The notes: generated by a model from the sequence alone, not told the origin. Shown: positions 45,505 through 55,674, numbered from the stretch's first letter. The stretch: DNA of 64,000 nucleotides from an uncultured archaeon (GCA_963817525.1 CAWFOU010000001.1:1024001-1088000); one strand, 5' to 3'. Program-made: numbers and translations.

Positions 45505-46812
45505 TCAGGCTCCTTCTAGCTTGGGTATTTTTCCTGCTGTTAAGGCTATTGGAGAGACCTCGTACCCGAAGCCGGGAGAGTAAGGGGACTCCACCTGCTG
45601 GAGCTGCTCCACGGTGGCGCCGAGTGAGACCACCATGGAGGCGGCACTGGAAAGCGAGGATGCGCGCCACCCCGCGACCTGGACCCCGTAGACTCGGTGC
45701 GTCCCCGCGTCGTAGACGATGGAGACGAAGGTCTGCCTCTTGGCGCCCCTCTCGAAGTTGGACACGCTTCCCATCTCCGTGGAGGCCTCCAACCCGATGG
45801 CTGAGGCCTCCTCCCCGCTCAGCCCGGCGGCGCAGAACTCCAGCCCGAAGTACGTCTGCTCGAAGGCCCAGGAGGGGGTCGCGAAGGCATTCCCTCCCGC
45901 GGAGTTGGTCCCGGCCACCTCTCCTCCCATCCGACTCGTCGAGTACAGCCTGGCGGCGACCGAGCCGGACTTGAAACTGATCTCCGCCGAGTCGCCCGCC
46001 GCGAACACCCCCTGCTGGGTCGTCGCCATCCTCGAGTCGACCAGGAGTCCGCCGTCCCGCCCCTTCTCGCAGTCGACGAGGGGAACCGAGGGGGCGCTCC
46101 TGGGAACGACCACCACGGCGTCGCAGGTGCTCACCTTCCCTCCAGAGACCACTGCCTCCGCCTTGGAGACCCCTAGGATCGAGTCCAAGGAGCCGTCGAT
46201 GATGACCGCGCGCTCGGCCTCGGGACCTGAAGCGGCGGCGCGCCGTATGGCGGCCGCGACTAAAGTGGAGAACTGCCTCTCGAGGCCGTCCCTCCCGCAG
46301 TAGACCCTCGCAGTCTTGCCCCGCCTCGCGAGCGCCTCTCCGAGCCTGAGCGCCAGCGGCACCGGTCCCGAGACGGCCACCACGGCCAGAGAGTCCATCG
46401 CCCGGGAGAGAGCCAAAAAGTCCGCGACCTCACTCATGACGAAGACGTTCTTCTTCGAGAGCCCTCTGAGCGGCGGCGGTTGGGCCGCTGAGCCCGTGCA
46501 CACCACGACAGAGTCGAAAACCAGGCCCGCCGCCCTCCCTGAGGTCTCCAGGAGCAGGCCTCCGCCCCTCCGCCTGACGGCGGCGACACCCTCCCCGGTC
46601 CATGCCAGGACCCCCGCCCCGGCGAGTCTCCCCGCCTGGGGGAGGACGAGGTCTTCCTCCGTCCACCCATCCGAGAGCAGCAGGGGCATCAGCGCCTTGG
46701 ACACCCCCACCTTCCTCGAGGACTCTACCAGGGTGGTCTCCGCGCCCTGAGAGGAAGCCGCTAGCGCGGCGGAGAGACCCGCGACGCCGCCTCCGATGAC
46801 CGCGACCTTCAT
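45505..46812 (-). CDS. NADH oxidase/CoA-disulfide reductase-family flavoprotein, degenerate
   Basis: IGGGVAGLSAA, CTGS, GVFAAGD and the dimerisation-domain YSP are present. The redox Cys and the NAD-binding GxGxxG are absent. Confidence 0.75.
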   Translation of the reverse strand: MKVAVIGGGVAGLSAALAASSQGAETTLVESSRKVGVSKALMPLLLSDGWTEEDLVLPQAGRLAGAGVLAWTGEGVAAVRRRGGGLLLETSGRAAGLVFDSVVVCTGSAAQPPPLRGLSKKNVFVMSEVADFLALSRAMDSLAVVAVSGPVPLALRLGEALARRGKTARVYCGRDGLERQFSTLVAAAIRRAAASGPEAERAVIIDGSLDSILGVSKAEAVVSGGKVSTCDAVVVVPRSAPSVPLVDCEKGRDGGLLVDSRMATTQQGVFAAGDSAEISFKSGSVAARLYSTSRMGGEVAGTNSAGGNAFATPSWAFEQTYFGLEFCAAGLSGEEASAIGLEASTEMGSVSNFERGAKRQTFVSIVYDAGTHRVYGVQVAGWRASSLSSAASMVVSLGATVEQLQQVESPYSPGFGYEVSPIALTAGKIPKLEGA

Positions 46813-46897
46813 CCTCCACCGGCAGGGGCGTTTCCGTGAAAAAGCTTCGTCCCGGATGGCTTTTTACCACCTGCAAGAGGAAGCGCAGAATGGCGCG

Positions 46898-47473
46898 ATG
46901 TCTTCCACCCTGGGGTACGTCTTCTGGCACAGACCCCGCTCCGGGGTCTCTCTCAGAGCGTACGAGAAGAAGCTCTCTGACTTTCAGGCATCGTTGAAGG
47001 CCCACCCGCCCAACGGACTCATCGACGCTTTGAGCTTCAGGGAGAGCACCTCGGCTTGGTCGAAATCCCGGTCGACGACCTACGAGGACTGGTATCTGGT
47101 GCGGGACTACAAGTCGCTCGGAGCTCTCAACCAATCTGCCGTCGCGGACTCGAACGCGAGGCCGCACAACGAGATCGCGAAGGAGGCGGACGACGGCGTC
47201 GGGGGGCTGTATCGTATGAGGCGGGGCGGCCTCAGCCTGCGAGACGCGCGCTTCGCGACCTGGCTGGGGAAACCGGCGCGGACTCCTTATCAGAGCTTCC
47301 TGGATGGCCTGTCCATGTTGACGGAAGACCGAGCGACAGATCTTTGGCAGCGGCAGATGGTCCTGGGTCCGGCACCCGAGTTCTGCGTCCACAGCAAGGG
47401 CCCGCTCGGGCTTCCTAAGGACTGCAGGCCCTTGACGGTGCGCGTACGGCTGGTCGCGGAGACCGCACAATGA
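46898..47473 (+). CDS. Hypothetical protein (possible dimeric alpha-beta barrel)
   Basis: GYVFWH...YEDWYLV...LWQRQMVLGPAPEFC; its stop overlaps the ychF start. Confidence 0.65.
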   Translation: MSSTLGYVFWHRPRSGVSLRAYEKKLSDFQASLKAHPPNGLIDALSFRESTSAWSKSRSTTYEDWYLVRDYKSLGALNQSAVADSNARPHNEIAKEADDGVGGLYRMRRGGLSLRDARFATWLGKPARTPYQSFLDGLSMLTEDRATDLWQRQMVLGPAPEFCVHSKGPLGLPKDCRPLTVRVRLVAETAQ

Positions 47474-48672
47474 TAGTCGGGATCCTGGGGAAGCCCAACG
47501 TAGGCAAGTCGACTTTCTTCGTCGCAGCCACCCTAAAGAGCGTCCCCATCGCGGATTTTCCGTTCACCACGATAAAGGCGAACGTCGGGATGGCGTACCT
47601 CAGGACCAAGTGCGTCCACGAGGAGATGGGTGTCGTCGACAAGCCGAAGAACTCGGTCTGCGCGAACGGCATCAGGCTCATCCCGGTGAAGCTGATCGAC
47701 GTGGCCGGGCTCGTCTCCGGAGCGTCGAGCGGCCGGGGCCTCGGGAACCAATTCTTGGAGGACATCATGCAGGCCGACGCCATCATACACGTGGTCGACG
47801 CGTCGGGGTCGACCGACCTCGAGGGGCAGAAGACCACCCCCGGCAGCCAGGACCCGATAAAGGACGTGGAGATGGTGGAGAACGAGGTAGACCTCTGGCT
47901 CTTAGGGATCATAAAGCGCGACTGGGAGAAGGCCTCGAAGCTGGCGGAGCAGCTCAAGACCAGCATCGCGCCCGCCCTGGCCCAGAGGCTCACAGGGATA
48001 GGGATCAGCGAGGCCATGGTTGAGGAGACCCTCCTGAGGCTCCACCTCAAGGCCGACAGACCCCTGAGCTGGGGGCCGGGCTCCCTCGAGTCCCTCGTCA
48101 GGGCGCTCAGGGAGAGGAACAAGCCCAGCCTGATAGCGGCAAACAAGGCGGACCTCCCGACCGCGTCGGATAAGCTGCCCGCGCTCAAGGCCTCCGGGAA
48201 GACGGTGATCCCCTGCGCCGCGGAGGCGGAGCTCCTCCTCAGGAAGGCCGCGGAGGCAGGAGTGGTCGCCTACACCCCGGGAGACCCGGCCTTCAGCGTC
48301 ACGAAGGAGGGCCTCACCCCGGCCCAGGTCAGGGCGCTCGAGCTGGTCAAGGAGAAGGTGCTCTCGGTCTACGGCGCCACGGGCGTCCAGCAGGCCATAG
48401 ACCAAGCCTACTTCGGGCTCCTCAAGGCTGTGGTCGTTTACCCCGTCGAGGACGAGACCAAGCTTTGCAACAGGGACGGGGACGTGCTGCCCGACGCGTA
48501 CGTGATGAACGGGGGGTCCACGGCCGTCGACCTGGCTAGGAGGATACACAGCGACCTCGCCGCCACGTTCCTCTACGCCATCGACGCGAGGACGGGGATG
48601 CGGCTCTCTTCGGACTATGTCTTGAAGGACAGGGATATCGTGAAGATCATTTCAAGCGGCCGGCGCGGCTAG
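47470..48672 (+). CDS. ychF: OBG-family ATPase/GTPase YchF
   Basis: GKPNVGKST, FPFTTI, DVAGLV, GLGNQFL, ANKAD, C-terminal TGS domain. Confidence 0.95.
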   Translation: MIVGILGKPNVGKSTFFVAATLKSVPIADFPFTTIKANVGMAYLRTKCVHEEMGVVDKPKNSVCANGIRLIPVKLIDVAGLVSGASSGRGLGNQFLEDIMQADAIIHVVDASGSTDLEGQKTTPGSQDPIKDVEMVENEVDLWLLGIIKRDWEKASKLAEQLKTSIAPALAQRLTGIGISEAMVEETLLRLHLKADRPLSWGPGSLESLVRALRERNKPSLIAANKADLPTASDKLPALKASGKTVIPCAAEAELLLRKAAEAGVVAYTPGDPAFSVTKEGLTPAQVRALELVKEKVLSVYGATGVQQAIDQAYFGLLKAVVVYPVEDETKLCNRDGDVLPDAYVMNGGSTAVDLARRIHSDLAATFLYAIDARTGMRLSSDYVLKDRDIVKIISSGRRG

Positions 48673-49290
48673 CTCTTCGACCTGGACTTCAACAGCCCCG
48701 GGCTGTGGCCTGCCGATGAGCTTGGTCTTCCTGACGCCGACGTGCCTCAGCCTTGTGACCTTCCTCGCCTCGTTGTAGACGTCGGAGGCGAGCTTCTGGA
48801 GGACGGTCTCCTGGACGAACTGGTCGTAGGTCAAAGAGGCGGCCCTCTCCTCCATTATCTTGTCGATTATCATGCGGATCTCGTGCTTCTTCGAGGAGTT
48901 CATCCTCCCCTGCGAGAGCGCGATGGTGTAGACCCTGACGGTGTATCCGTCCTTGGTCTTGTAGTCCTTGATGAAGTCGGACATCGACGAGCCCCTCCTG
49001 ATGAGGCTGCGGAGGTACTCCCTCGAGAACTCGTGCCCCTTCAGGATGGTGTAGGCCGTGTCGCCTTCCACCTTGTCTATCTGGAAGTATAGCTTGAAGC
49101 TGTAGTGCTGAGGGTCCTGCTTGAGGATGTCATAGAGGGTGGTCTCAACGACGCGCCCGGCCGGCTTCTCCACGTCTGTGATGGGGACCCTTCCGATGGG
49201 CGCGTTTCCGAACGATGGGGAGGCGAGCACCGTGACCCATTGCTTCAGCTTCCACTTGTCACGGACCTTCCCGGAGACCTTCTTAGGCAA
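48652..49290 (-). CDS. rps3ae: 30S ribosomal protein S3Ae (eS1)
   Basis: VRDKWKLKQW, GRVVETTLYD, YLRSLIRRGSS. Confidence 0.97.
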   Translation of the reverse strand: MPKKVSGKVRDKWKLKQWVTVLASPSFGNAPIGRVPITDVEKPAGRVVETTLYDILKQDPQHYSFKLYFQIDKVEGDTAYTILKGHEFSREYLRSLIRRGSSMSDFIKDYKTKDGYTVRVYTIALSQGRMNSSKKHEIRMIIDKIMEERAASLTYDQFVQETVLQKLASDVYNEARKVTRLRHVGVRKTKLIGRPQPGAVEVQVEELAAPAA

Positions 49291-49334
49291 CTAGCTTGCC
49301 GCCCTGATTTCTCTGGCTTAAAAACATCAAGCCC

Positions 49335-50609
49335 CTAGCCGATTCTCTCGCGCCCTCCCATATACTGCACGAGCGGCTTTGGGATGGCTATCGAGCCGTC
49401 CTTCTGCTGGAAGTTCTCCACCACGGCGACCAGCGCCCGGGTTGTGACCGCCGTCGAGTTGAGCGTGTGCACCAGGGTGGGCTCGGCGCTCTGCTTCTCC
49501 TTGTACCTGATCATCAGGCGCCTGGCCTGATAGTCGGTCACGTTGCTGCACGAGACCATCTCCCTGAACCTCTGCTGGGTGGGCATCCAGGCCTCGAGGT
49601 CGTACTTCTTCGCGGCGACAGTCCCGATGTCGCCTGTGCAGATGTTGACGACGCGGTAGTGCAGGCCCAGGCTCTGGAAGATGGACTCGGAGTTCGCGAT
49701 GAGCTCCTCGTGGAGCTTCCAGCTCTGGTCTGGCTTGGAGAAGACCACCTGCTCGACCTTGTAGAACTGGTGGGTCCGGAAGATCCCCTTGGTGTCTTTC
49801 CCGTGCGCCCCGGCCTCGACCCGGAAGTTGGGGCTGAAGCCGCAGTACTTGAGCGGGAGGGAGTCGCCCGCCATTATCTCGTCCATGTGCATGGCCACGA
49901 GCGGGTGCTCCGAGGTGGCGATGAGGTAGAGGTCGTCGCCTTCGACCTTGTAGATGACCGAGCCAAAATCAGCGAGGTCGACGACGCCCGCGTAGGCCTC
50001 TTTGCGCATCATCAGCGGCGGCCCTACGGCCGTGAAGCCCCTGTCCGAGAGGAAATCCACGGCGTACCTCATTATGGACTGCTCCAGCCTGAGGGCGTCC
50101 CCCTTCAGGAAAAAGAAGCGCGACCCGGAGATCTTCGCCGCCCTCTCCATGTCGAGGAGGCCCAGCTCGCCCAGGAGGTCCTGGTGGTCCTTGGGGGTAA
50201 AGTCGAACTTCCTCGGCTCGCCCCACCTTCTCACCGTCACGTTGCCGCTGTCGTCCGGACCAACGGGGACGGATTCGTCGAGGATGTTGGGGAGCGACAT
50301 GAGTATCTCCCTGACCCGCGCCTGGAGCTCCTGCGTCCTCTTGTCCAGTCCGGCGATCTCCTCGGGGATCCCTTTCACCTCCTTGAGCTTGTCCGTCGCG
50401 TCCTTCCCCGACTTTTTCAACGCCGCCACCTCCGCGGTGAGCTTGTTCTGCGCGTGCCTCAGGTCGTCTACGCGCTTCTTCGCCTGCCGCCACTCCGCGT
50501 CGGCGGCTGCCGCTTCGTCCACGAGGGGGAGCTTGTCCAGCCAGCCTCGCTTCCTGAGGTCTCGCCGGATCACGTCAGGGTTTTCGCGCAGAAGCTTTAC
50601 GTCTAGCAT
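49335..50609 (-). CDS. serS: Serine--tRNA ligase
   Basis: LIATSEHP, FRVEAG, GIFRTHQF, KYDLEAW, SCSN.TDYQARR, HTLNST. Confidence 0.98.
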   Translation of the reverse strand: MLDVKLLRENPDVIRRDLRKRGWLDKLPLVDEAAAADAEWRQAKKRVDDLRHAQNKLTAEVAALKKSGKDATDKLKEVKGIPEEIAGLDKRTQELQARVREILMSLPNILDESVPVGPDDSGNVTVRRWGEPRKFDFTPKDHQDLLGELGLLDMERAAKISGSRFFFLKGDALRLEQSIMRYAVDFLSDRGFTAVGPPLMMRKEAYAGVVDLADFGSVIYKVEGDDLYLIATSEHPLVAMHMDEIMAGDSLPLKYCGFSPNFRVEAGAHGKDTKGIFRTHQFYKVEQVVFSKPDQSWKLHEELIANSESIFQSLGLHYRVVNICTGDIGTVAAKKYDLEAWMPTQQRFREMVSCSNVTDYQARRLMIRYKEKQSAEPTLVHTLNSTAVTTRALVAVVENFQQKDGSIAIPKPLVQYMGGRERIG

Positions 50610-50685
50610 GGTTCTCCTCTCTCGTTCTCCGGCCTTGCCCTACCCCACGCTCCGCCGTGAGATAATCGTTGCAGGGCTCGCGGCG

Positions 50686-50985
50686 TCATTGGAGGGCGCT
50701 CCCGAGCCCTCGGGTCTTGGCCTCGACCCAGACGTCCCGGAACAGCCTCGCGTCCGAGACGATGCTCGTCACCGTGCTCAGCGCGGGCCTAGCCCGGGGG
50801 GACGCCACGCTGAAGCGGACGAGGGCGCCCTTCCTCGACGCGTCGAATCGCTGGTCCTTTGGAAAGTAGCGGTTGTCGGGCATCAGCGCTTCGTTGAGGG
50901 CCTCTGCGACGGCCTCGTCTCTGCACTCTATCGAGAGCTCGATCGTCATCGCCGTCTCTGGCCTCTTGCCTTTGCCCGCGCTCAT
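50686..50985 (-). CDS. pcc1: KEOPS complex subunit Pcc1
   Basis: AEALNEALMPDN motif, size, and position between the DHH gene and serS. Confidence 0.75.
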   Translation of the reverse strand: MSAGKGKRPETAMTIELSIECRDEAVAEALNEALMPDNRYFPKDQRFDASRKGALVRFSVASPRARPALSTVTSIVSDARLFRDVWVEAKTRGLGSALQ

Positions 50986-52430
50986 CCCCCCGCGACCTTC
51001 TCGAGGACTAGCCTCGTAAATTCGTCCCGCCTCGAGAACGGGATCTTGGCGCCCGCGGCCATGCTGTGGCCTCCCCCAACTCCCCCGACGCTCACGGCCG
51101 CGTCCCGCATCACCTCTCCAAGGTTGACCTTCCCGGGATACGAGTCCCCGATGCGCGACGAGTACTTCAGCTCCGAGTCGCCCGACCTCGCCCTCACCAG
51201 GACGAGCTTGTCACGGAAGCGGTCGGAGGAGGCGAGGAGCGACGAGACCGAGCCAGTCATCCTCTCCTCGATGAACTCCTCGCCCATCACGAGCATGACG
51301 TCCCCCTTTGTGGCGACCTTGTCGGTCTCGAGCTGGAGCTTCTGGATGGCCTTGTTCAGTTTGGTCCGGTATTCGGACATCAGCGCCAGGGCCAGGCGCA
51401 GCGCCTCCTCCCTGTCGCCGAGGCAGATCGCAATCCCCAGGTCGGTCCTGTCCATCCGTCCGCAGGCGTTCAGGACGCTGACGAACTCCCGCGCGTCCCT
51501 CAGCGGTGTGAGGGGGTCCTCGAACTCGAAGGTGTAGACGGTCCCCACTAGGTCCTTGAGGATGTCGGACCCCTGCCCCGCGGAGGCGATGAACCCGGAG
51601 ATGACCTCGATGACCTTCTGCTTCTCGTCGTTGCTGAGCTCGCCGAGGGTGCGCCACCTCCCTCCCTCCTTGAGCTTGAACCCCGCGTTCGAGAGCGCGG
51701 CGAGCGCTGCGTCCTTCGCCCCCGATAGGCCCGAGATGAAGGGGTTGTAGCTCATGGCGATGGCCTCATGCACGGGCCGCGTCTCCCTCCCGTAGAATAG
51801 GAGGTCGTTGGAGACGGCCACCAGCCCCTTCGAGACGGCATCGTCCACGGCCATCTTGTTGAGGCCCCCCAGCGACCTGCCCTCCCCCTTGTCCTGCCGG
51901 TCGCCGAGCGCGCCCACCATGGCGAGAGCAGAGAGGTCGAGGTTCTCCCGCTCGTCGAACGCCTTCGCGAACGCGTACGCCATGGTGGATGAGCACGCCT
52001 CGACTCCTCCGTCGTAGCCGTAGTTCCAGGCGTTGATCAGGCGGGGATGAGAGGAGTCGGCCTCGGGCACCTGGTGGTGGTCGACGACCGCGAACCTCTC
52101 GCCGAAGGCGCCCGAGAGCGCGCCCAAGAGCCCCGAGCCTAGGTCCGTGAACAGGTAAAAGTCGAACTTGTCGGCCTTCAGTCTGTCGATGGCGCGCGGG
52201 TCGAGGTCAGGGATGGCCCTCACCGAGACGGCGAAGTTCTTCCTCGCGAGCGCCGTGAACGCGATCGTCCCGCTGGAGAGGCCGTCGGCGTCTATGTGGG
52301 TGACGACGAGGAACCTCGCGCCGCGACTAGATAGGCCGGATAGGTGCTCCGCCTCCCTCTTGGCCCGGCCCATCAGCGCCCCGAGGTCTTGGCGGAGAGT
52401 CTCGGTCGTAGCAGCCTCGCTCGCTACCAC
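50982..52430 (-). CDS. DHH/DHHA1 phosphoesterase (RecJ/Cdc45-like)
   Basis: HIDADG, DLGSG, VDHH, GALGDRQD, NACGR, GGGHSMAAG. Confidence 0.93.
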   Translation of the reverse strand: MVASEAATTETLRQDLGALMGRAKREAEHLSGLSSRGARFLVVTHIDADGLSSGTIAFTALARKNFAVSVRAIPDLDPRAIDRLKADKFDFYLFTDLGSGLLGALSGAFGERFAVVDHHQVPEADSSHPRLINAWNYGYDGGVEACSSTMAYAFAKAFDERENLDLSALAMVGALGDRQDKGEGRSLGGLNKMAVDDAVSKGLVAVSNDLLFYGRETRPVHEAIAMSYNPFISGLSGAKDAALAALSNAGFKLKEGGRWRTLGELSNDEKQKVIEVISGFIASAGQGSDILKDLVGTVYTFEFEDPLTPLRDAREFVSVLNACGRMDRTDLGIAICLGDREEALRLALALMSEYRTKLNKAIQKLQLETDKVATKGDVMLVMGEEFIEERMTGSVSSLLASSDRFRDKLVLVRARSGDSELKYSSRIGDSYPGKVNLGEVMRDAAVSVGGVGGGHSMAAGAKIPFSRRDEFTRLVLEKVAGG

Positions 52431-52452
52431 TCCGAGATCGCACCCTTCTATT

Positions 52453-52902
52453 CTAGCTTAGCTGGGCCACTATGGCGCTGTACTTGAAGTCCTGCGGGAG
52501 GACCCCTATCTCCTTGTAGTACTTTGAGAGCCTGTAGATCTTTGCCTCTATGAGCTCGAGAGAGCGGACGTTCTTCCTGTCCGCTTTGTAGGCGTCGAGG
52601 TGAGATTGGACCCTCCTCGCCGAGTCGAGGAGGTTCTGTAGGTCCTCCGGGATGGCTGGCGCGAGCTTGTTCTCCCTGAGCAGCGCCATGACCGACTTGC
52701 CGATTATCGGCTTTACCAGCGGGATCCCATAGTCGTCCCTAAGCCTCACGCCTATGGAGCTGGGGGTGACGCCTTCCTTTGCGAGCTTGATGACCATCGC
52801 CGCGACCTCGTCGGCGCTGTAGGTGAGCCAGCTGGGGGCCCGCTTGCTCGTGGGCCTGGTCTGGTGGCTCTTCCCGTGCCGATGCGAATGAATCCTAGCC
52901 AA
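52453..52902 (-). CDS. rps15: 30S ribosomal protein S15 (uS15)
   Basis: MARIHSHRHGKS, IGVRLRDDYGIP, IPEDL, EAKIYRLSKYYK. Confidence 0.97.
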   Translation of the reverse strand: MARIHSHRHGKSHQTRPTSKRAPSWLTYSADEVAAMVIKLAKEGVTPSSIGVRLRDDYGIPLVKPIIGKSVMALLRENKLAPAIPEDLQNLLDSARRVQSHLDAYKADRKNVRSLELIEAKIYRLSKYYKEIGVLPQDFKYSAIVAQLS

Positions 52903-52950
52903 GCGAAACGATGCGACTCGATTTCCCCCGGTTTAAAACCATTGCCGGCC

Positions 52951-53526
52951 TCAGCACCGGTCTCGCGATAGATACCACTTTGCGAACTTCTTCATCGAGG
53001 CCGCCCTGTGGGAGACGCGGCACTTCTCCTCGACCGTGAGCTCGCCGAAGGTCTTTGGGCCGCCCAGGGGGAGGAATATCGGGTCGAACCCGAATCCTCT
53101 CTTGCCCCTCGGCTTGGCCGTGATAGACCCCAGCGCGGTGCCCTCGAACTGGGTCGGCTCGCCTCCGGGCTCGCAGTAGGCGAGGGAGCTCACGAACCTC
53201 GCACCCCTCCTGGCGGAGGGTCGTAGGAGGGCGACGACCCCTGCGACCCCGATGGTCTTGAACGCGTACGCGGAGTAGGGGCCTGGGAACCCGCCCAGGG
53301 AGTCGACGTACAGGCCCGCGTCCTCCACGAGGACGGGCATCCCAGCCGCGGCCGCCGCACCCTTCGACGAGTAGGCGGCGATCTCCGCCGTGGTCTCCGC
53401 CTGGATCTCGACACCCTTGCCGTCGAACTGCTCGACCCTGAGTTTGAAGGGGGCGAGGATGGCCCGTGCCTCCTCGAGCTTCCCGCGGTTGGAGGTGGCG
53501 AAGACGACCCTACTCGACCCTGGCAT
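52951..53526 (-). CDS. rdgB: Non-canonical purine NTP pyrophosphatase (Ham1/RdgB)
   Basis: ATSNRGK, EDAGL, GFPGPYS, GFGFDPIF, SHR. Confidence 0.95.
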   Translation of the reverse strand: MPGSSRVVFATSNRGKLEEARAILAPFKLRVEQFDGKGVEIQAETTAEIAAYSSKGAAAAAGMPVLVEDAGLYVDSLGGFPGPYSAYAFKTIGVAGVVALLRPSARRGARFVSSLAYCEPGGEPTQFEGTALGSITAKPRGKRGFGFDPIFLPLGGPKTFGELTVEEKCRVSHRAASMKKFAKWYLSRDRC

Positions 53527-54148
53527 ATCTCCCTCTCCTCTCTATCTCGGTGAGCTTCCTTGTTGCGGCCCCCGCCCTCTCCTTGCCCAGGACAGAGGAG
53601 TACCCCGAAAGGAGCGCCTGCATGAACGGCTTTGAGACGGCATGGTGCGCGCCCGTCAGCGTCTCCTTGATCAGCCTCAGGTCCACGGCCTGGTCCTCGA
53701 GCCTCTCGGAGTGCACGGCCAGCCCGAAGTCGATGAGGGAGAAGGCGTCGCCGTCCACCAAGACGTTCGACGTGGTGAGGTCCCCGTGCATGATCCCCGC
53801 GGCGTGGAGCCTGGCGATGCTCTGTCCGAGCTCCTCGCCGAGCGCCTCGACCTTCTCCCTCGTCATCCCCTCCTCGAGCAGGAGCGTCTTGAGCCTCTCG
53901 CCGTCGACATACTCCATGACCAGCAGAGCCTCTGGAGGCGAGAGGTAGTAGAGGTGGGGAGTGGACACGCCCGCGAGCTTGGAGAGGTGGAGCATCTGCG
54001 CCTCGTGCACGGTCCTCTGGGTCCGGATCTGCTTGTCCAGTTCAGGGAGCCGGTAGGGAAGCGGCTTGCGCAGCTTGTAGACGGCGGGCTCCCCGCACCA
54101 GTCGCCCTTGAAGACGTCGGCCTCGGCGCCTCGGTAGAGCAGCCTCAA
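53510..54148 (-). CDS. bud32: KEOPS kinase Bud32
   Basis: GAEA, HGDLTTSN, IDFGL, AVDL, C-terminal RGRY. Confidence 0.96.
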   Translation of the reverse strand: MRLLYRGAEADVFKGDWCGEPAVYKLRKPLPYRLPELDKQIRTQRTVHEAQMLHLSKLAGVSTPHLYYLSPPEALLVMEYVDGERLKTLLLEEGMTREKVEALGEELGQSIARLHAAGIMHGDLTTSNVLVDGDAFSLIDFGLAVHSERLEDQAVDLRLIKETLTGAHHAVSKPFMQALLSGYSSVLGKERAGAATRKLTEIERRGRYARVE

Positions 54149-54152
54149 GGGG

Positions 54153-55163
54153 TCAGCTCCTCCAGGGCGTTGGGACGGTGTCGAGGCGCCAGGACTGCCT
54201 CACCACGCTGTCGGCAACCTTCGGGAGGAACTCGCCGGCCCGGAACGCCAGCAGCCCCGTCCAGGCTATCTGCGCGCCGCAGTCCCCGCTGAACTTGGGA
54301 GGGACGACCTTGACGGAGGCCCCGTGCCTCTTCGCCATGGTCTCGAGCATGTCCGAGAGCCTTTGGTTTGCGGCCACTCCGCCCACCACAAGCAGCTCCT
54401 GGGCGCCGGTGAAGGCCAGTGCGCGCTCTGTCACCTCGGTCGTTATCGCGAAAGCGGTCTCCTGGACCGAGTAGCAAACGTCCTCGAACGACGCCCCGCC
54501 GTCCACGAGCCTCTTCGCGGCGGTGAGGACCCCGGAGAAGGAGACGTCGTTCCCCTTCACGGTGTAGGGGAGCTTCAGATACCTGGTCGATTTTGCGGCC
54601 GCCACCTCTATCCTCCTTCCGCACGGCGAGGCGAACCCGACATGCCGGCCTATCTGGTCGAGGAGCTGGCCCAGCGTCAGGTCGAGGGTCTCCCCCAGGA
54701 CCCGCCACACCCCGTCGGAGTGCGCGACCACCATCGTGTGCCCCCCTGAGATGAGCAGCACCAGCGGGGTCTTCGCGCCGGTCAGGAGGCAGCCGAGCTC
54801 GATGTGCCCGACCGCGTGGTTTACGGCGACGAGCGGCTTACCCGTCGAGAGCGCGAGCGTCCTCGCGGTGACCGCCCCGACCCTGAGGCACGGGCCGAGC
54901 CCGGGCCCCATCGCGTAGGCGATCGCGTCCACGTTCCCAATGTCGGTCTCGCGCTCGCCCCTCCTCTCGAGCGCCTCGTGCACGACCCTCGTCGCGACCT
55001 CGAGGTGGTGGTCGGCGGCCTCGCCCGGATGTATCCCGCTCCCCTCCGGAGGCATGTAGACGTCCTTGGTGTTCGTGAGCACCCCGTCCCGCTCCGTTAC
55101 GACGGAGGCGGAGAACGTGTGGGCCGTGCTCTCGATCCCCAGGACCTTCAAGTTGCCGCGCAT
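54153..55163 (-). CDS. kae1: tRNA N6-adenosine threonylcarbamoyltransferase Kae1
   Basis: LGIESTAHT, GPGLGPCL, VNHAVGHIE, SGGHT, GETLD, GGVAAN. Confidence 0.96.
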   Translation of the reverse strand: MRGNLKVLGIESTAHTFSASVVTERDGVLTNTKDVYMPPEGSGIHPGEAADHHLEVATRVVHEALERRGERETDIGNVDAIAYAMGPGLGPCLRVGAVTARTLALSTGKPLVAVNHAVGHIELGCLLTGAKTPLVLLISGGHTMVVAHSDGVWRVLGETLDLTLGQLLDQIGRHVGFASPCGRRIEVAAAKSTRYLKLPYTVKGNDVSFSGVLTAAKRLVDGGASFEDVCYSVQETAFAITTEVTERALAFTGAQELLVVGGVAANQRLSDMLETMAKRHGASVKVVPPKFSGDCGAQIAWTGLLAFRAGEFLPKVADSVVRQSWRLDTVPTPWRS

Positions 55164-55233
55164 CTCAGAGCTCTTCTGAGAGGTTTCAGCCCGCGAGACT
55201 TGATAAACTTATTTCGGCGCAGAGGGCCGCGCA

Positions 55234-55674
55234 GTGAGCTCGTCAGTCCAGTCGCTCGAGGTCTCCTATTTCATCCAGATGACAGAGGACGAGGAGAGGG
55301 TGAGGAAGGCCGTCGCGCAGCTCCTGGGCGGGGAGTTCCCCGAGGAGCGCCAGGAGGCGGATGGGCATTTCGGAAACGCCATCGTGTGGGTAAGAATACA
55401 CCTCACTGGCGACGAGGCGGAGACCGCCCTCCGACTGCTCATCTCGCGGATGGACCGGGAGGACAGGAAGGCGGTCCTTGCCGACCTGGGAGGGACGGTG
55501 GACGAGCACGGCGCGCTTTACATAAGGCTCAGCAAGCAGGTGCTACTGATGAAGGGGAGCGCGGTCCTTGCGAGCTCGGACCCCGTGAGGGTGAAGGTGA
55601 AGCCCCGCTCATACGTCATGAAGCGAGACCCCGAGGGGTTCTACACCCGGCTCTTCGAGGGACCGGCCGATTGA
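55234..55674 (+). CDS. DUF54-type RNA-binding protein (exosome/RNase P neighbourhood)
   Basis: TEDEERVRKA, GHFGNAI, LYIRLSKQ. Confidence 0.85.
   Translation: MSSSVQSLEVSYFIQMTEDEERVRKAVAQLLGGEFPEERQEADGHFGNAIVWVRIHLTGDEAETALRLLISRMDREDRKAVLADLGGTVDEHGALYIRLSKQVLLMKGSAVLASSDPVRVKVKPRSYVMKRDPEGFYTRLFEGPAD

Noticed and set aside
49467-51537. Long antisense ORFs (379 and 511 aa) and similar shadows elsewhere (e.g. 2120-3211, 15266-16294, 56824-58044)
   Set aside because: Expected shadows of GC3-rich genes; Arg/Pro/Gly- or Ser-rich with no motifs.
54804-55670. 380-aa ORF suggesting a large Pop5 fusion
   Set aside because: The N-terminal 289 codons overlap kae1 (antisense) and DUF54 (another frame); only 55671-55946 looks coding.
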